DNA from: Escherichia coli
GTDB taxonomy: Bacteria > Pseudomonadota > Gammaproteobacteria > Enterobacterales > Enterobacteriaceae
Assembly (NCBI RefSeq): GCF_045037415.1
Contig: NZ_CP173438.1
Strand: one strand, 5' to 3'
Length of the DNA stretch: 64,000 nucleotides
The notes below the pieces were generated by a model that saw nothing but the letters and a program-made list of their open reading frames with translations, was not told where the DNA came from and made no database searches. Shown piece after piece: positions 13,935-29,454 of this stretch (position 1 is the stretch's first letter; every line of letters begins with the position of its first letter). A program made the translations under genes and the position numbers.

Positions 13935-13942
13935 TCATCATT

Positions 13943-13968
13943 ACGGCCTCCAGAATGAGGCCGTTTTT
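13943..13968 (+). terminator. Rho-independent terminator downstream of solA
   Basis: Hairpin acggcctc-cagaat-gaggccgt followed by ttttt; begins 9 bp after the solA stop. Confidence 0.7.
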
Positions 13969-14095
13969 ACAGGAGTATTTAATGCGTCGACTGTTGCACT
14001 ATCTCATCAATAATATTCGCGAGCATCTGATGCTTTATCTTTTTCTCTGGGGATTGTTGGCAATTATGGATCTGATCTATGTGTTTTATTTTTAG
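13955..14095 (+). CDS. yceO: Small protein YceO (46 aa)
   Basis: Short ORF (below the track's size cut-off) read by hand: [46 protein letters not shown]. The ATG at 13955 lies in the loop of the solA terminator hairpin; an internal ATG at 13982 would give 37 aa. Confidence 0.6.
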
Positions 14096-14355
14096 TTTTC
14101 CGCACTGACATAAACTGACAAATATTTAATCTCCCTTTCATTTAGCGTGAAAAATTGAATGAGATTCTTCCTGCCTCTACAGCACTCACTAGACCTTCCA
14201 GATGCTTAACCCACTAAACTTATGAAGATTCTTTCATTATTAATTCAAAATTATTGAAATAAAAATAAATATCATTCAATTTGTTATTTTTGTGTTGCAA
14301 TTCATTCTCCGACACGCCATTTTCTTTCTCTCGCAAATTCGTTTTGGATGTACTT

Positions 14356-14922
14356 ATGTCATTCACAAATACCCCTGAACGCTATGGTGTTATATCTGCG
14401 GCCTTACATTGGCTAAGCGCAATTATTGTCTACGGCATGTTTGCTTTAGGTCTGTGGATGGTCACGCTCAGTTATTACGATGGCTGGTATCACAAAGCAC
14501 CCGAACTGCATAAAAGCATCGGTATTTTGTTAATGATGGGGCTGGTTATTCGCGTTCTGTGGCGTGTCATATCTCCACCGCCGGGTCCGCTGCCGAGTTA
14601 TTCGCCCATGACTCGTCTTGCAGCAAAAGCTGGACATCTCGCATTGTACCTATTGCTGTTCGCCATCGGCATCAGCGGCTATCTGATCTCAACTGCCGAT
14701 GGTAAACCGATCAGCGTTTTTGGCTGGTTTGACGTCCCCGCGACCCTCTCCGACGCTGGCGCACAGGCTGACTTTGCCGGTGCCCTGCATTTTTGGCTCG
14801 CGTGGAGCGTTGTAGTACTGTCCGTTATGCACGGATTTATGGCCCTGAAGCATCATTTCATCGATAAAGACGACACTCTGAAGCGCATGCTGGGAAAGTC
14901 GTCATCTGACTATGGAGTATAA
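14356..14922 (+). CDS. yceJ: Cytochrome b561 family protein YceJ (188 aa)
   Basis: Protein MSFTNTPERYGVISAALHWLSAIIVYGMFALGLWMVTLSYYDG... is YceJ; ATG at 14356. Confidence 0.92.
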   Translation: MSFTNTPERYGVISAALHWLSAIIVYGMFALGLWMVTLSYYDGWYHKAPELHKSIGILLMMGLVIRVLWRVISPPPGPLPSYSPMTRLAAKAGHLALYLLLFAIGISGYLISTADGKPISVFGWFDVPATLSDAGAQADFAGALHFWLAWSVVVLSVMHGFMALKHHFIDKDDTLKRMLGKSSSDYGV

Positions 14923-14925
14923 AAA

Positions 14926-15501
14926 ATGAAAAAAAGCCTGCTTGGTTTAACCTTCGCTTCCTTGATGTTCTCTGCCGGTTCAGCGGTTGCCGCCGATTAC
15001 AAAATTGACAAAGAAGGTCAGCACGCCTTTGTTAACTTCCGAATCCAGCATCTTGGCTATAGCTGGTTATATGGCACCTTCAAAGATTTCGACGGTACTT
15101 TTACCTTTGATGAAAAAAATCCAGCTGCCGATAAAGTGAATGTGACAATTAACACCACCAGCGTCGATACTAATCACGCCGAACGCGATAAACATCTTCG
15201 CAGTGCGGATTTCCTCAATACCGCAAAATATCCACAGGCAACATTCACCTCCACCAGCGTGAAGAAAGACGGTGACGAACTGGATATTACCGGCAATCTG
15301 ACGCTGAATGGTGTAACCAAGCCCGTCACACTGGAAGCGAAATTAATTGGTCAGGGTGACGACCCGTGGGGCGGTAAACGTGCAGGCTTTGAGGCCGAAG
15401 GCAAAATTAAGCTCAAAGACTTCAATATCAAGACAGATTTAGGTCCAGCGTCTCAGGAAGTGGATCTGATTATTTCAGTGGAAGGCGTACAGCAGAAGTA
15501 A
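14926..15501 (+). CDS. yceI: Periplasmic polyisoprenoid-binding protein YceI (191 aa)
   Basis: Protein [38 protein letters not shown]... has a signal peptide and matches YceI; ATG at 14926, 4 nt after the yceJ stop. Confidence 0.93.
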   Translation: MKKSLLGLTFASLMFSAGSAVAADYKIDKEGQHAFVNFRIQHLGYSWLYGTFKDFDGTFTFDEKNPAADKVNVTINTTSVDTNHAERDKHLRSADFLNTAKYPQATFTSTSVKKDGDELDITGNLTLNGVTKPVTLEAKLIGQGDDPWGGKRAGFEAEGKIKLKDFNIKTDLGPASQEVDLIISVEGVQQK

Positions 15502-15511
15502 GAGTGAAATG

Positions 15512-15535
15512 TTGCCGGATGGCACGCATCCGGCA
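15512..15535. terminator. Shared hairpin between convergent yceI and yceA
   Basis: ttgccggatg-gcac-gcatccggcaa inverted repeat between the yceI stop (15501) and yceA stop (15543). Confidence 0.6.
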
Positions 15536-15542
15536 ATGATAT

Positions 15543-16595
15543 TTATTCTGTTGGATCAGGAATGCCCAGTGTTGTATTCAGACGTCCACGAGACTTATTA
15601 AAGATCTTATTGCCATTTTCACGTCCTGCCCGACGGCGTCGCTGTTCCTCTGGCGGTAACGCGCTTTCTTCGCAGCAAATCTCACTACAACAACCTTTGT
15701 ATTTTTCCGCACATACTGGACACTGAATAAACAGCAGATGGCAGCCATCATTTTTACAGTTGGTATGGCTGTCGCACGGCGCACCGCACTGGTGGCAGTG
15801 CGCGATAATCTCATCAGATATACGTTCGCCCATCCGCTCGTCAAAAACAAAATTTTTGCCAATAAAACGCACCGGCAAGCCCTGCTCGCGCGCCTTACGG
15901 GCGTATTCAATAATTCCGCCCTCGATATGCCAGACTTTGTTGAATCCGTTATGTTTCATCCAGGCACTGGCCTTTTCACAACGAATGCCGCCGGTGCAGT
16001 ACATGACGATTTTTTTATCTTTATGTGCCTGCATCATCTCAACTGCTTTTGGCAGCTGCTCACGGAAGGTATCTGCCGGTATTTCCAGCGCGTTTTCAAA
16101 GTGCCCCACTTCATACTCATAGTGGTTACGCATGTCGATAAACAATGCATCGGGATCGTCAAGCATGGCGTTCACTTCCGCCGCTTGCAGATACTCACCA
16201 ACATTGCTGGCATCAAAGTGAGGATCGTCAATACCGTCGGCAACAATGCGATCGCGTACCTTCATACGCAGTACCCAGAAGGATTTCCCGTCATCATCCA
16301 ACGCGATATTCAGGCGTAAACCCTCTAAAGCCGGATCGAAGGCATAGAGCTGTGCGCGAAATGTTTCAACATTGCTCGCAGGTACGCTGATTTGCGCGTT
16401 AATGCCCTCATGCGCCAGATACACTCGCCCAAAAACATTCAGCGCGGTAAACAGTTGATATAAAGCGTCACGGGTCACCTTAGGATCGGCAATGTGGAAA
16501 TACTTATAAAACGAAATGGTGGTTCGCGGTTCGCTCTCAGCCAACATTTTGGCTTTTAACGCGTCGTTGGAAATGCGGTTGTGTAACACTGGCAT
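15543..16595 (-). CDS. yceA: Rhodanese-domain protein YceA / TrhO (350 aa)
   Basis: Protein [38 protein letters not shown]... has a rhodanese active-site cysteine context ([10 protein letters not shown]) and C-terminal Cys cluster; ATG at 16595. Confidence 0.9.
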   Translation of the reverse strand: MPVLHNRISNDALKAKMLAESEPRTTISFYKYFHIADPKVTRDALYQLFTALNVFGRVYLAHEGINAQISVPASNVETFRAQLYAFDPALEGLRLNIALDDDGKSFWVLRMKVRDRIVADGIDDPHFDASNVGEYLQAAEVNAMLDDPDALFIDMRNHYEYEVGHFENALEIPADTFREQLPKAVEMMQAHKDKKIVMYCTGGIRCEKASAWMKHNGFNKVWHIEGGIIEYARKAREQGLPVRFIGKNFVFDERMGERISDEIIAHCHQCGAPCDSHTNCKNDGCHLLFIQCPVCAEKYKGCCSEICCEESALPPEEQRRRRAGRENGNKIFNKSRGRLNTTLGIPDPTE

Positions 16596-16819
16596 GGTGT
16601 ACGGTTCCTGCGAGATGGGAAAGTAAAAATCCGCGGCATGATATAGCAATTATCGATAATTAACATCCACACATTTTACGCTACATTTTAGCATTAAAAA
16701 TTATTTGTTATTTACAAGCGCGGCAATTTCGCCCAGTCTTCAGTCACAAATTTTGGTTGCGGACGAAAAAATGCGACAATACATACAATTGCCCGTATAG
16801 GTTGAAAAACAGGATTGAT

Positions 16820-17740
16820 ATGACGAATCTACCCAAGTTCTCCACCGCACTGCTTCATCCGCGTTATTGGTTAACCTGGTTGGGTATTGGCGTACTTTGG
16901 TTGGTCGTGCAATTGCCCTACCCGGTTATCTACCGCCTCGGTTGTGGATTAGGAAAACTGGCGTTACGTTTTATGAAACGACGCGCAAAAATTGTGCATC
17001 GCAACCTGGAACTGTGCTTCCCGGAAATGAGCGAACAAGAACGCCGTAAAATGGTGGTGAAGAATTTCGAATCCGTTGGCATGGGCCTGATGGAAACCGG
17101 CATGGCGTGGTTCTGGCCGGACCGCCGAATCGCCCGCTGGACGGAAGTGATCGGCATGGAACACATTCGTGACGTGCAGGCGCAAAAACGCGGCATCCTG
17201 TTAGTTGGCATCCATTTTCTGACACTGGAGCTGGGTGCGCGGCAGTTTGGTATGCAGGAACCGGGGATTGGCGTTTACCGCCCGAACGATAATCCACTGA
17301 TTGACTGGCTACAAACCTGGGGCCGTTTGCGCTCAAATAAATCGATGCTCGACCGCAAAGATTTAAAAGGCATGATTAAAGCCCTGAAAAAAGGCGAAGT
17401 GGTCTGGTACGCACCGGATCATGATTACGGCCCGCGCTCAAGCGTTTTCGTCCCGTTGTTTGCCGTTGAGCAGGCTGCGACCACGACCGGAACCTGGATG
17501 CTGGCACGGATGTCCGGCGCATGTCTGGTGCCCTTCGTTCCACGCCGTAAGCCAGATGGCAAAGGGTATCAGTTGATTATACTGCCGCCAGAGTGTTCTC
17601 CGCCGCTGGATGATGCCGAAACTACCGCCGCGTGGATGAACAAAGTGGTCGAAAAATGCATCATGATGGCACCAGAGCAGTATATGTGGTTACACCGTCG
17701 CTTTAAAACACGCCCGGAAGGCGTTCCTTCACGCTATTAA
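16820..17740 (+). CDS. lpxL: Lipid A lauroyl acyltransferase LpxL (HtrB), 306 aa
   Basis: Protein [41 protein letters not shown]... is LpxL; ATG at 16820. Confidence 0.93.
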   Translation: MTNLPKFSTALLHPRYWLTWLGIGVLWLVVQLPYPVIYRLGCGLGKLALRFMKRRAKIVHRNLELCFPEMSEQERRKMVVKNFESVGMGLMETGMAWFWPDRRIARWTEVIGMEHIRDVQAQKRGILLVGIHFLTLELGARQFGMQEPGIGVYRPNDNPLIDWLQTWGRLRSNKSMLDRKDLKGMIKALKKGEVVWYAPDHDYGPRSSVFVPLFAVEQAATTTGTWMLARMSGACLVPFVPRRKPDGKGYQLIILPPECSPPLDDAETTAAWMNKVVEKCIMMAPEQYMWLHRRFKTRPEGVPSRY

Positions 17741-17911
17741 ATCTTCCATGCTGGATGCTTCAGAATGGCATCCGGCATTACCACAGAAAATCCCCCTGAT
17801 TTAGCGATAAAAGCTCTCTGGATTGCGCCCCCTGGAAGTCGGGCGCATAATTAGTGTGCTTATCTTTTCTTCTTATGTTCACCGCGCCTGGCGCACCAAC
17901 AGCGGATTGCT

Positions 17912-19138
17912 ATGTCACCCTGTGAAAATGACACCCCTATAAACTGGAAACGAAACCTGATCGTCGCCTGGCTAGGCTGTTTTCTTACCGGTGCCGCCTT
18001 CAGCCTGGTAATGCCCTTCTTACCCCTCTACGTTGAGCAGCTTGGCGTTACCGGCCACTCCGCCCTGAATATGTGGTCCGGTATTGTCTTCAGCATTACA
18101 TTTTTATTTTCGGCCATCGCCTCACCGTTTTGGGGTGGACTCGCCGATCGTAAAGGCCGAAAACTCATGCTATTACGCTCTGCTCTCGGCATGGGCATCG
18201 TGATGGTGTTGATGGGACTGGCACAAAATATCTGGCAGTTTTTGATCCTGCGGGCGCTTCTTGGTTTACTTGGCGGATTTGTCCCCAACGCTAATGCTCT
18301 TATCGCCACACAAGTACCGCGTAATAAAAGCGGCTGGGCGCTGGGTACGCTCTCCACAGGCGGCGTTAGCGGCGCGTTGCTCGGCCCAATGGCTGGCGGT
18401 TTGCTCGCCGATAGCTACGGCTTACGTCCGGTATTCTTTATTACCGCCAGTGTGCTCATACTCTGCTTTTTCGTCACCCTGTTTTGCATCAGAGAAAAAT
18501 TCCAGCCGGTCAGCAAAAAAGAGATGCTGCACATGCGGGAAGTGGTGACATCACTTAAAAACCCGAAACTGGTACTCAGCCTGTTTGTCACCACGTTAAT
18601 CATCCAGGTGGCGACGGGCTCAATTGCCCCCATTCTGACGCTGTATGTCCGCGAACTGGCGGGTAACGTCAGTAACGTCGCCTTTATCAGTGGCATGATC
18701 GCCTCGGTGCCAGGCGTGGCGGCTCTGCTAAGTGCACCACGACTCGGCAAACTTGGCGATCGAATCGGACCCGAAAAGATCCTGATTACGGCGCTGATCT
18801 TTTCTGTACTGCTGTTGATCCCAATGTCTTACGTTCAGACGCCATTGCAACTTGGGATTTTACGTTTTTTGCTCGGTGCCGCCGATGGTGCACTACTCCC
18901 CGCCGTACAGACACTATTAGTTTATAACTCGAGCAACCAGATCGCCGGGCGTATCTTCAGCTATAACCAATCGTTTCGTGATATTGGCAACGTTACCGGA
19001 CCATTGATGGGAGCAGCGATTTCAGCGAACTACGGTTTTAGGGCGGTATTTCTCGTCACCGCTGGCGTAGTGTTATTCAACGCAGTCTATTCATGGAACA
19101 GTCTACGTCGTCGTCGAATCCCCCAGATATCGAACTGA
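17912..19138 (+). CDS. mdtG: MFS multidrug efflux transporter MdtG (408 aa)
   Basis: Protein [45 protein letters not shown]... is MdtG; ATG at 17912. Confidence 0.93.
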   Translation: MSPCENDTPINWKRNLIVAWLGCFLTGAAFSLVMPFLPLYVEQLGVTGHSALNMWSGIVFSITFLFSAIASPFWGGLADRKGRKLMLLRSALGMGIVMVLMGLAQNIWQFLILRALLGLLGGFVPNANALIATQVPRNKSGWALGTLSTGGVSGALLGPMAGGLLADSYGLRPVFFITASVLILCFFVTLFCIREKFQPVSKKEMLHMREVVTSLKNPKLVLSLFVTTLIIQVATGSIAPILTLYVRELAGNVSNVAFISGMIASVPGVAALLSAPRLGKLGDRIGPEKILITALIFSVLLLIPMSYVQTPLQLGILRFLLGAADGALLPAVQTLLVYNSSNQIAGRIFSYNQSFRDIGNVTGPLMGAAISANYGFRAVFLVTAGVVLFNAVYSWNSLRRRRIPQISN

Positions 19139-19220
19139 TTTTTCGCCTTTCATACTTGCAAAAGCGGAGAATCAGCTATCCTTTTCCCTGAAACCTCATC
19201 AACTCAAAGGGAGAATCGTG

Positions 19221-19595
19221 ATGACCATGTACGCAACGCTTGAAGAAGCCATTGACGCTGCACGCGAAGAATTTCTTGCAGACAACCCCGGCATCGACGC
19301 CGAAAACGCGAATGTGCAACAGTTCAATGCCCAAAAATACGTTTTGCAGGACGGCGACATCATGTGGCAAGTTGAGTTTTTTGCCGACGAAGGGGAAGAA
19401 GGTGAATGTTTACCCATGCTTAGCGGTGAAGCTGCGCAAAGTGTCTTTGACGGCGACTATGATGAGATAGAGATCCGCCAGGAGTGGCAAGATGAGAATA
19501 CATTACATGAATGGGACGAGGGGGAATTTCAGCTTGAGCCACCGCTGGATACCGAGGAAGGACGCACAGCAGCTGATGAGTGGGATGAACGTTAA
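19221..19595 (+). CDS. msyB: Acidic protein MsyB (124 aa)
   Basis: Protein MTMYATLEEAIDAAREEFLADNPGIDAENANVQQFN..., strongly acidic, is MsyB; ATG at 19221 (an in-frame GTG sits at 19218). Confidence 0.9.
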   Translation: MTMYATLEEAIDAAREEFLADNPGIDAENANVQQFNAQKYVLQDGDIMWQVEFFADEGEEGECLPMLSGEAAQSVFDGDYDEIEIRQEWQDENTLHEWDEGEFQLEPPLDTEEGRTAADEWDER

Positions 19596-19823
19596 TCACT
19601 CATACGGGCCATGATGAATGTCGATCGGCAGCAGTAAGGTATCGAAAACCAGGGAGAATGGCAGATCAAGGATCGTGACGTAACGCCAGGCGGAGTCACG
19701 CACGTCCCATTGCACACCGGGATAATATTGGTTGCCATGCCCCTGCCCCGGTATAGTGCGACTAATGATGCTGCCACAGCCACTCAGCAAGGTCACCATT
19801 ATGCTCACCACAATTAAACGCAT
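19596..19823 (-). CDS. yceK: Lipoprotein YceK (75 aa)
   Basis: Protein MRLIVVSIMVTLLSGCGSIISRTIPGQGHGNQYYPGVQWD... has a lipobox (LSGC); ATG at 19823. Confidence 0.85.
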   Translation of the reverse strand: MRLIVVSIMVTLLSGCGSIISRTIPGQGHGNQYYPGVQWDVRDSAWRYVTILDLPFSLVFDTLLLPIDIHHGPYE

Positions 19824-19886
19824 TTGATACCTCTTCCGTAAAAAATACCGGCATAACGCCGGTATTTTTATTGGCTCGTTGTTTTT

Positions 19887-19994
19887 GCCGGATGCGGCGT
19901 GAACGCCTTGCCAGACCCACAAAATCTTGCAAAATCAATAAATTGCAGGAACGATGTAGGCCTGATAAGCGTAGCGCATCAGGCAACTACGTTT

Positions 19995-20016
<22 letters not shown>
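19887..20016. repeat. Cluster of REP (repetitive extragenic palindromic) units
   Basis: Copies of the gccggatgcggcgtgaacgcc... / gtaggcctgataagcgtagcgcatcagg family between opgH and yceK; the last unit overlaps the opgH 3' end. Confidence 0.8.
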
Positions 20017-24177
<4,161 letters not shown>

Positions 24178-24459
24178 TCAGCACACTGGCTCATGGATTA
24201 AGCACCTGATTGCAACCGTTTTCACTTTCCGTGCTTCTCCTAAAGACAGAAGCATCGACTTCGTGTAGGGTTTGCCAGCAAATTTATTTATCAACCGTCT
24301 TACAGACGCTTCCATTCTGGTTAGTGGTAGCGATGATGCTATGCATAAAAACCTTGAAGCCTGCGCCTGGCGCGGTCAGGTCGGTGTCACTATGGCAACA
24401 AGCCTAAAGGCATAACCCGACAGGGATAAGACGAAAAATCTGAGATCAGTTAACCATAT

Positions 24460-25617
24460 ATGAATCCAGTACCCGCGCAACGTGAATATTTCCTCGACTC
24501 CATCCGCGCCTGGCTGATGTTGTTAGGGATCCCTTTTCATATTTCTTTAATCTATTCGAGCCATACATGGCATGTGAATAGCGCCGAGCCGTCATTGTGG
24601 CTGACCCTTTTTAATGACTTCATCCACTCGTTCCGCATGCAGGTGTTTTTCGTTATATCCGGGTACTTTTCCTACATGCTTTTTTTACGCTATCCCTTGA
24701 AAAAATGGTGGAAAGTACGTGTCGAACGTGTAGGTATCCCGATGTTAACAGCCATCCCCTTACTGACATTGCCGCAATTTATTATGCTGCAATACGTCAA
24801 AGGCAAAGCGGAAAGTTGGCCTGGGCTGTCATTGTATGACAAATATAATACGTTGGCCTGGGAATTAATATCACACCTGTGGTTTTTACTGGTGTTAGTG
24901 GTCATGACGACGCTGTGCGTATGGATATTTAAACGCATCAGAAATAATTTAGAAAATTCTGATAAAACGAATAAAAAATTCTCGATGGTAAAATTATCGG
25001 TGATTTTTTTGTGCCTCGGCATCGGTTATGCGGTAATAAGAAGAACGATTTTTATTGTGTATCCACCCATTCTGAGTAACGGCATGTTCAATTTTATTGT
25101 CATGCAAACGTTATTTTATTTGCCGTTCTTTATCCTCGGCGCACTGGCTTTCATTTTCCCTCATCTTAAAGCCTTGTTTACCACGCCTTCTCGTGGCTGT
25201 ACCCTTGCAGCAGCATTGGCGTTTGTCGCTTATTTACTCAACCTGCGCTATGGCAGTGGCGATGCCTGGATGTATGAAACCGAGTCGGTGATCACCATGG
25301 TCCTCGGTCTGTGGATGGTGAATGTGGTCTTCTCCTTTGGCCACCGTTTGCTTAACTTCCAGTCAGCGCGGGTGACTTATTTTGTTAACGCATCGCTGTT
25401 TATCTATCTGGTTCACCACCCGTTAACGCTGTTTTTCGGCGCATACATTACACCACACATCACCTCCAACTGGCTTGGTTTTCTCTGTGGCCTGATATTC
25501 GTAGTAGGGATTGCGATAATTCTGTATGAAATTCATTTACGCATCCCATTATTGAAGTTTTTGTTCTCTGGTAAACCGGTTGTTAAGCGTGAGAACGATA
25601 AAGCACCTGCCCGTTAA
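24460..25617 (+). CDS. opgC: OPG succinyltransferase OpgC (MdoC), 385 aa
   Basis: Protein [40 protein letters not shown]... is the acyltransferase-3 family membrane protein OpgC; ATG at 24460, divergent from opgGH. Confidence 0.93.
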   Translation: MNPVPAQREYFLDSIRAWLMLLGIPFHISLIYSSHTWHVNSAEPSLWLTLFNDFIHSFRMQVFFVISGYFSYMLFLRYPLKKWWKVRVERVGIPMLTAIPLLTLPQFIMLQYVKGKAESWPGLSLYDKYNTLAWELISHLWFLLVLVVMTTLCVWIFKRIRNNLENSDKTNKKFSMVKLSVIFLCLGIGYAVIRRTIFIVYPPILSNGMFNFIVMQTLFYLPFFILGALAFIFPHLKALFTTPSRGCTLAAALAFVAYLLNLRYGSGDAWMYETESVITMVLGLWMVNVVFSFGHRLLNFQSARVTYFVNASLFIYLVHHPLTLFFGAYITPHITSNWLGFLCGLIFVVGIAIILYEIHLRIPLLKFLFSGKPVVKRENDKAPAR

Positions 25618-25624
25618 GCCGCGT

Positions 25625-27046
25625 TTACAATAACCATTCCACGGGCAATATCGACGCCAGTTTGACCATAACCCGCTTCCAGAAACTGGTGGCGGGTTCT
25701 TTTTTGAGAATAATCTCTTTCTTTGCATGACGATCAACCCAGTTGATCCGTCCCCACCTGTCCAGACGGAGCTGCCAGGCCGCATCATACTGGCTCTGAA
25801 TAAAGCGTTTATCAATTAACTGTGCCAGCGTTTCGCTCTCTATCACGAAGCCCATTTCAGTATTGAGCAATGTTGAACGCGGATCGAAATTGAAAGAGCC
25901 AATAAACACCGTTTTACCATCGATGCTAAAGGTTTTAGCATGCAGGCTGGCACCGGAATTACCGGTTATACCGCGATCGTGTAATGTACTACTTTGTTCA
26001 CGCGTCGGCTTGAGTTCATATAATTCCACCCCATAGCGAAGCAATTTTTTGCGCCAGCGCGCGTATCCGGCATGGACGACAGCAACATCGTTAGCGGCAA
26101 GAGAATTGGTTAGGATCGCAATCTTTACCCCTTTTCTCACCATCCGTAAGAGTTGCGCCACACCTGCACGTGTCGGTACAAAATAGGAAGAGATAATATC
26201 GATGCGTTCACTGGGTGAGCCCATGATATCGAACAGGCGCTGCGGTAACAGTGAATGCCGTTTTGCCTTGCCCTCCCCTTTCGCCGGATCATCACTTAAT
26301 AAACATGTTTTCGCCCAGATAAGCGGCAACGTTCCATCAACCAGATGATGTATAAACGGACTGGATTCCATTTTGCGTAAGTAACGATGCGTCATGACAT
26401 CGTTATGCCAGGAGGCGGGTAACTCGATGTGATCCGCCATTTCACCTTCCGGGACATCCAGCACCTGCTGTAAGGGGGAAACCGATTTGCAATACCAGTA
26501 GCGGGCGAAATCATCGGCAACGTCCTCTACCACGGGTCCTATTGCCATGACATCTAAATCCGAAAAAAGTGGCTCTTCCCCTGCCCCAAAATAGGCATCA
26601 CCAATATTTCGTCCTCCCACCAGCGTCACCACGCCATCGACAGTGAAACTTTTATTGTGCATACGGCGATTGAGACGGGAAAAGTCGGTGATATAACCAA
26701 GCGGACGTAGCAAACGAAACGAGAAAGGATTAAAAAGCCGGACTTCAATGCGTGGATGGCTGTCAAGCAAGCGTAAAATGTCATCAAGTCCGGGCGTATT
26801 GTTGTCGTCCAGCAACAAACGGACGCGAACGCCACGCTTTGCTGCGGCTAACAGGGCGGAAAACAGTAACCGACCCGACATATCGTCCTGCCAGATGTAA
26901 TACTGAACATCCAGCGTATGCTCTGCCATTTCAGCCAGACGATACCGGGCGGCAAACGCATCCAGACTTTTCTCCAGAGGAAAAAGTCCACACTGACCGG
27001 GATGTTGCGAACACAGTGGCAGCACCGCGCTCGCCAGCCGAGGCAA
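25625..27046 (-). CDS. clsC: Cardiolipin synthase C ClsC (YmdC); start codon uncertain
   Basis: Protein ...LPRLASAVLPLCSQHPGQCGLFPLEKSLDAFAARYRLAE... has two phospholipase-D HKD-type regions. TTG at 27046 directly follows the ymdB stop and gives 473 aa; an in-frame ATG at 27055 (476 aa) would overlap ymdB. Confidence 0.85.
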   Translation of the reverse strand: MPRLASAVLPLCSQHPGQCGLFPLEKSLDAFAARYRLAEMAEHTLDVQYYIWQDDMSGRLLFSALLAAAKRGVRVRLLLDDNNTPGLDDILRLLDSHPRIEVRLFNPFSFRLLRPLGYITDFSRLNRRMHNKSFTVDGVVTLVGGRNIGDAYFGAGEEPLFSDLDVMAIGPVVEDVADDFARYWYCKSVSPLQQVLDVPEGEMADHIELPASWHNDVMTHRYLRKMESSPFIHHLVDGTLPLIWAKTCLLSDDPAKGEGKAKRHSLLPQRLFDIMGSPSERIDIISSYFVPTRAGVAQLLRMVRKGVKIAILTNSLAANDVAVVHAGYARWRKKLLRYGVELYELKPTREQSSTLHDRGITGNSGASLHAKTFSIDGKTVFIGSFNFDPRSTLLNTEMGFVIESETLAQLIDKRFIQSQYDAAWQLRLDRWGRINWVDRHAKKEIILKKEPATSFWKRVMVKLASILPVEWLL

Positions 27047-27047
27047 A

Positions 27048-27581
27048 TCATTCATCTCCTTGTTGGGTAAGGAGTCTTTCGTAGAGGTGGGCGTTTTCTT
27101 CATCATAACAGACAAAGTATACCTGTTCGGGTAAAGCGTGACGGGTAATAAATTCTGAAACGGTTTTTACTGCGATTTCAGCCGCTGCCGCACGGGGATA
27201 ACCATAAACCCCAGTACTGATTGCAGGAAAAGCCACTGACGTATAGCTGTTTGCCGCCACCAGTCGTAGGCTATTGAGATAGGCATCCTGCAAAAGCTGG
27301 TCTTCGTTTTGTTCACCACCACGCCAGACTGGCCCGACGGTGTGCACTACGGCTTTAGCGGGAAGATCGCCTGCAAGCGTAATAACGGCATGCCCCGTAG
27401 GGCAATCGCCCTGCTGCTGCCTGACTTTTAAACAGGCATCCAGCAGGGCCGGACCCGCTGCGCGATGAATGGCCCCATCGACGCCGCCGCCTCCCATTAA
27501 TGACGGATTAGCCGCATTCACAATCACATCAACGGCCAGTTTGGTAATATCACCCTGCACAACATGAATACGCGTTTTCAT
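27048..27581 (-). CDS. ymdB: Macrodomain protein YmdB (O-acetyl-ADP-ribose deacetylase), 177 aa
   Basis: Protein [43 protein letters not shown]... is a macro domain; ATG at 27581. Confidence 0.95.
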
Positions 27582-27675
27582 AACGCCTCCTTACACCTTC
27601 TTGTTTCCTAAGTGTACAGCAGGCTTTTTAGTTAAATCGCATTTTTCTGCTTAGCAACGTGAGTTGTTCAGAAAC

Positions 27676-28078
<403 letters not shown>

Positions 28079-28079
28079 G

Positions 28080-28440
<361 letters not shown>

Positions 28441-28451
28441 ATTCTTCTCCC

Positions 28452-28480
28452 GAAAAAAAAACAGGGCTTACGCCCTGTTT
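28452..28480 (-). terminator. Rho-independent terminator after csgA (csgBA transcript end)
   Basis: On the minus strand: hairpin aaacagggcg-taag-ccctgttt followed by a run of about 9 T, between the csgA stop and csgC start. Confidence 0.8.
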
Positions 28481-28499
28481 CTTTCATACAGATGATGTA

Positions 28500-28958
28500 T
28501 TAGTACTGATGAGCGGTCGCGTTGTTACCAAAGCCAACCTGAGTGACGTTAACGCTGGAGTTAGATGCAGTCTGGTCAACAGCAGCACCGTTACCGCCAC
28601 CGAACTGTTTAACAGTCATAGTAGAATCTTTACCATTCCACTGATCAAGAGTAGCGCTGTTGCCGAAACCACGCTGAGTCAGATCGATTGAGCTGTCATC
28701 AGAACCTTGGCCAACATCTGCACCATTACCGCCGCCGTGCTGGGTAATGGTCAGATCAGAGTTGCGGGCGTCAGCTTGCAGAGCAAGAGCAGAGTTACCG
28801 CCACCGTACTGGTAAATATTCAGCTCTGAATTCGGGCCGCTGTTATTACCGCCACCACCGTGGTTGCCGCCACCGCCGCCGTACTGAGGAACAACACCTG
28901 CCAGAGCGCTACCGGAGAATACGATTGCTGCAATTGCTGCTACTTTTAAAAGTTTCAT
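28500..28958 (-). CDS. csgA: Major curlin subunit CsgA (152 aa here)
   Basis: Protein MKLLKVAAIAAIVFSGSALAGVVPQYGGGGGNHGGGGNNSGPNSELNIYQYGGGNSALALQ... with five imperfect amyloid repeats; ATG at 28958. Confidence 0.95.
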   Translation of the reverse strand: MKLLKVAAIAAIVFSGSALAGVVPQYGGGGGNHGGGGNNSGPNSELNIYQYGGGNSALALQADARNSDLTITQHGGGNGADVGQGSDDSSIDLTQRGFGNSATLDQWNGKDSTMTVKQFGGGNGAAVDQTASNSSVNVTQVGFGNNATAHQY

Positions 28959-28998
28959 GTAAAACCCCCATCGGATTGATTTAAAAGTCGAATGGAAA

Positions 28999-29454
28999 TT
29001 AACGTTGTGTCACGCGAATAGCCATTTGCGACTGTCTCTGCACTACAATTGCCGTTTTTTGAGTACCATACTGTGTAATATTTGCTTTATTACCAGAACC
29101 TTTCTGGATAATCATCGCAGTATTACCATAAGCACCTTGCGAAATACTGGCATCGTTGGCACTGCCCGCCTGATCAATATATGCAAGGTTATAATCTCCT
29201 GTCTGGTCAATCTTTGCCCGGTTGCTACTACCTTCTTGCGCAACAACCGCCAAAAGTTTTGAGCCTCCCTGCCGTAACTGAGCACTATTATTAGTCCCAG
29301 CTTGACCAATTATGGCTGCCTGATTAAATGAAGACTTACTCAATTCATTTACCGCAAAGTTATATTCTGAATTAGCTAAATCATAACCTGCTGCGGCTGC
29401 AATCCCAGGCGCACCCAGTATTGTTAACATCATAAATAACAATTTGTTTTTCAT
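28999..29454 (-). CDS. csgB: Minor curlin / nucleator CsgB (151 aa)
   Basis: Protein MKNKLLFMMLTILGAPGIAAAAGYDLANSEYNFAVNELSKSS... is CsgB; ATG at 29454. Confidence 0.93.
   Translation of the reverse strand: MKNKLLFMMLTILGAPGIAAAAGYDLANSEYNFAVNELSKSSFNQAAIIGQAGTNNSAQLRQGGSKLLAVVAQEGSSNRAKIDQTGDYNLAYIDQAGSANDASISQGAYGNTAMIIQKGSGNKANITQYGTQKTAIVVQRQSQMAIRVTQR

Noticed and set aside
24210-24407. 65-aa ORF in the opgG-opgC divergent intergenic region
   Set aside because: No ribosome binding site, low-complexity product, and it lies in a region expected to hold the divergent opgGH and opgC promoters; most likely a chance ORF.
28500-29454. Repetitive DNA in csgA/csgB considered as a possible repeat array or CRISPR-like structure
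   Set aside because: The repeats are in-frame, imperfect and encode the known curlin amyloid repeat units; there are no regular direct repeats with unique spacers and no cas genes anywhere in the window.
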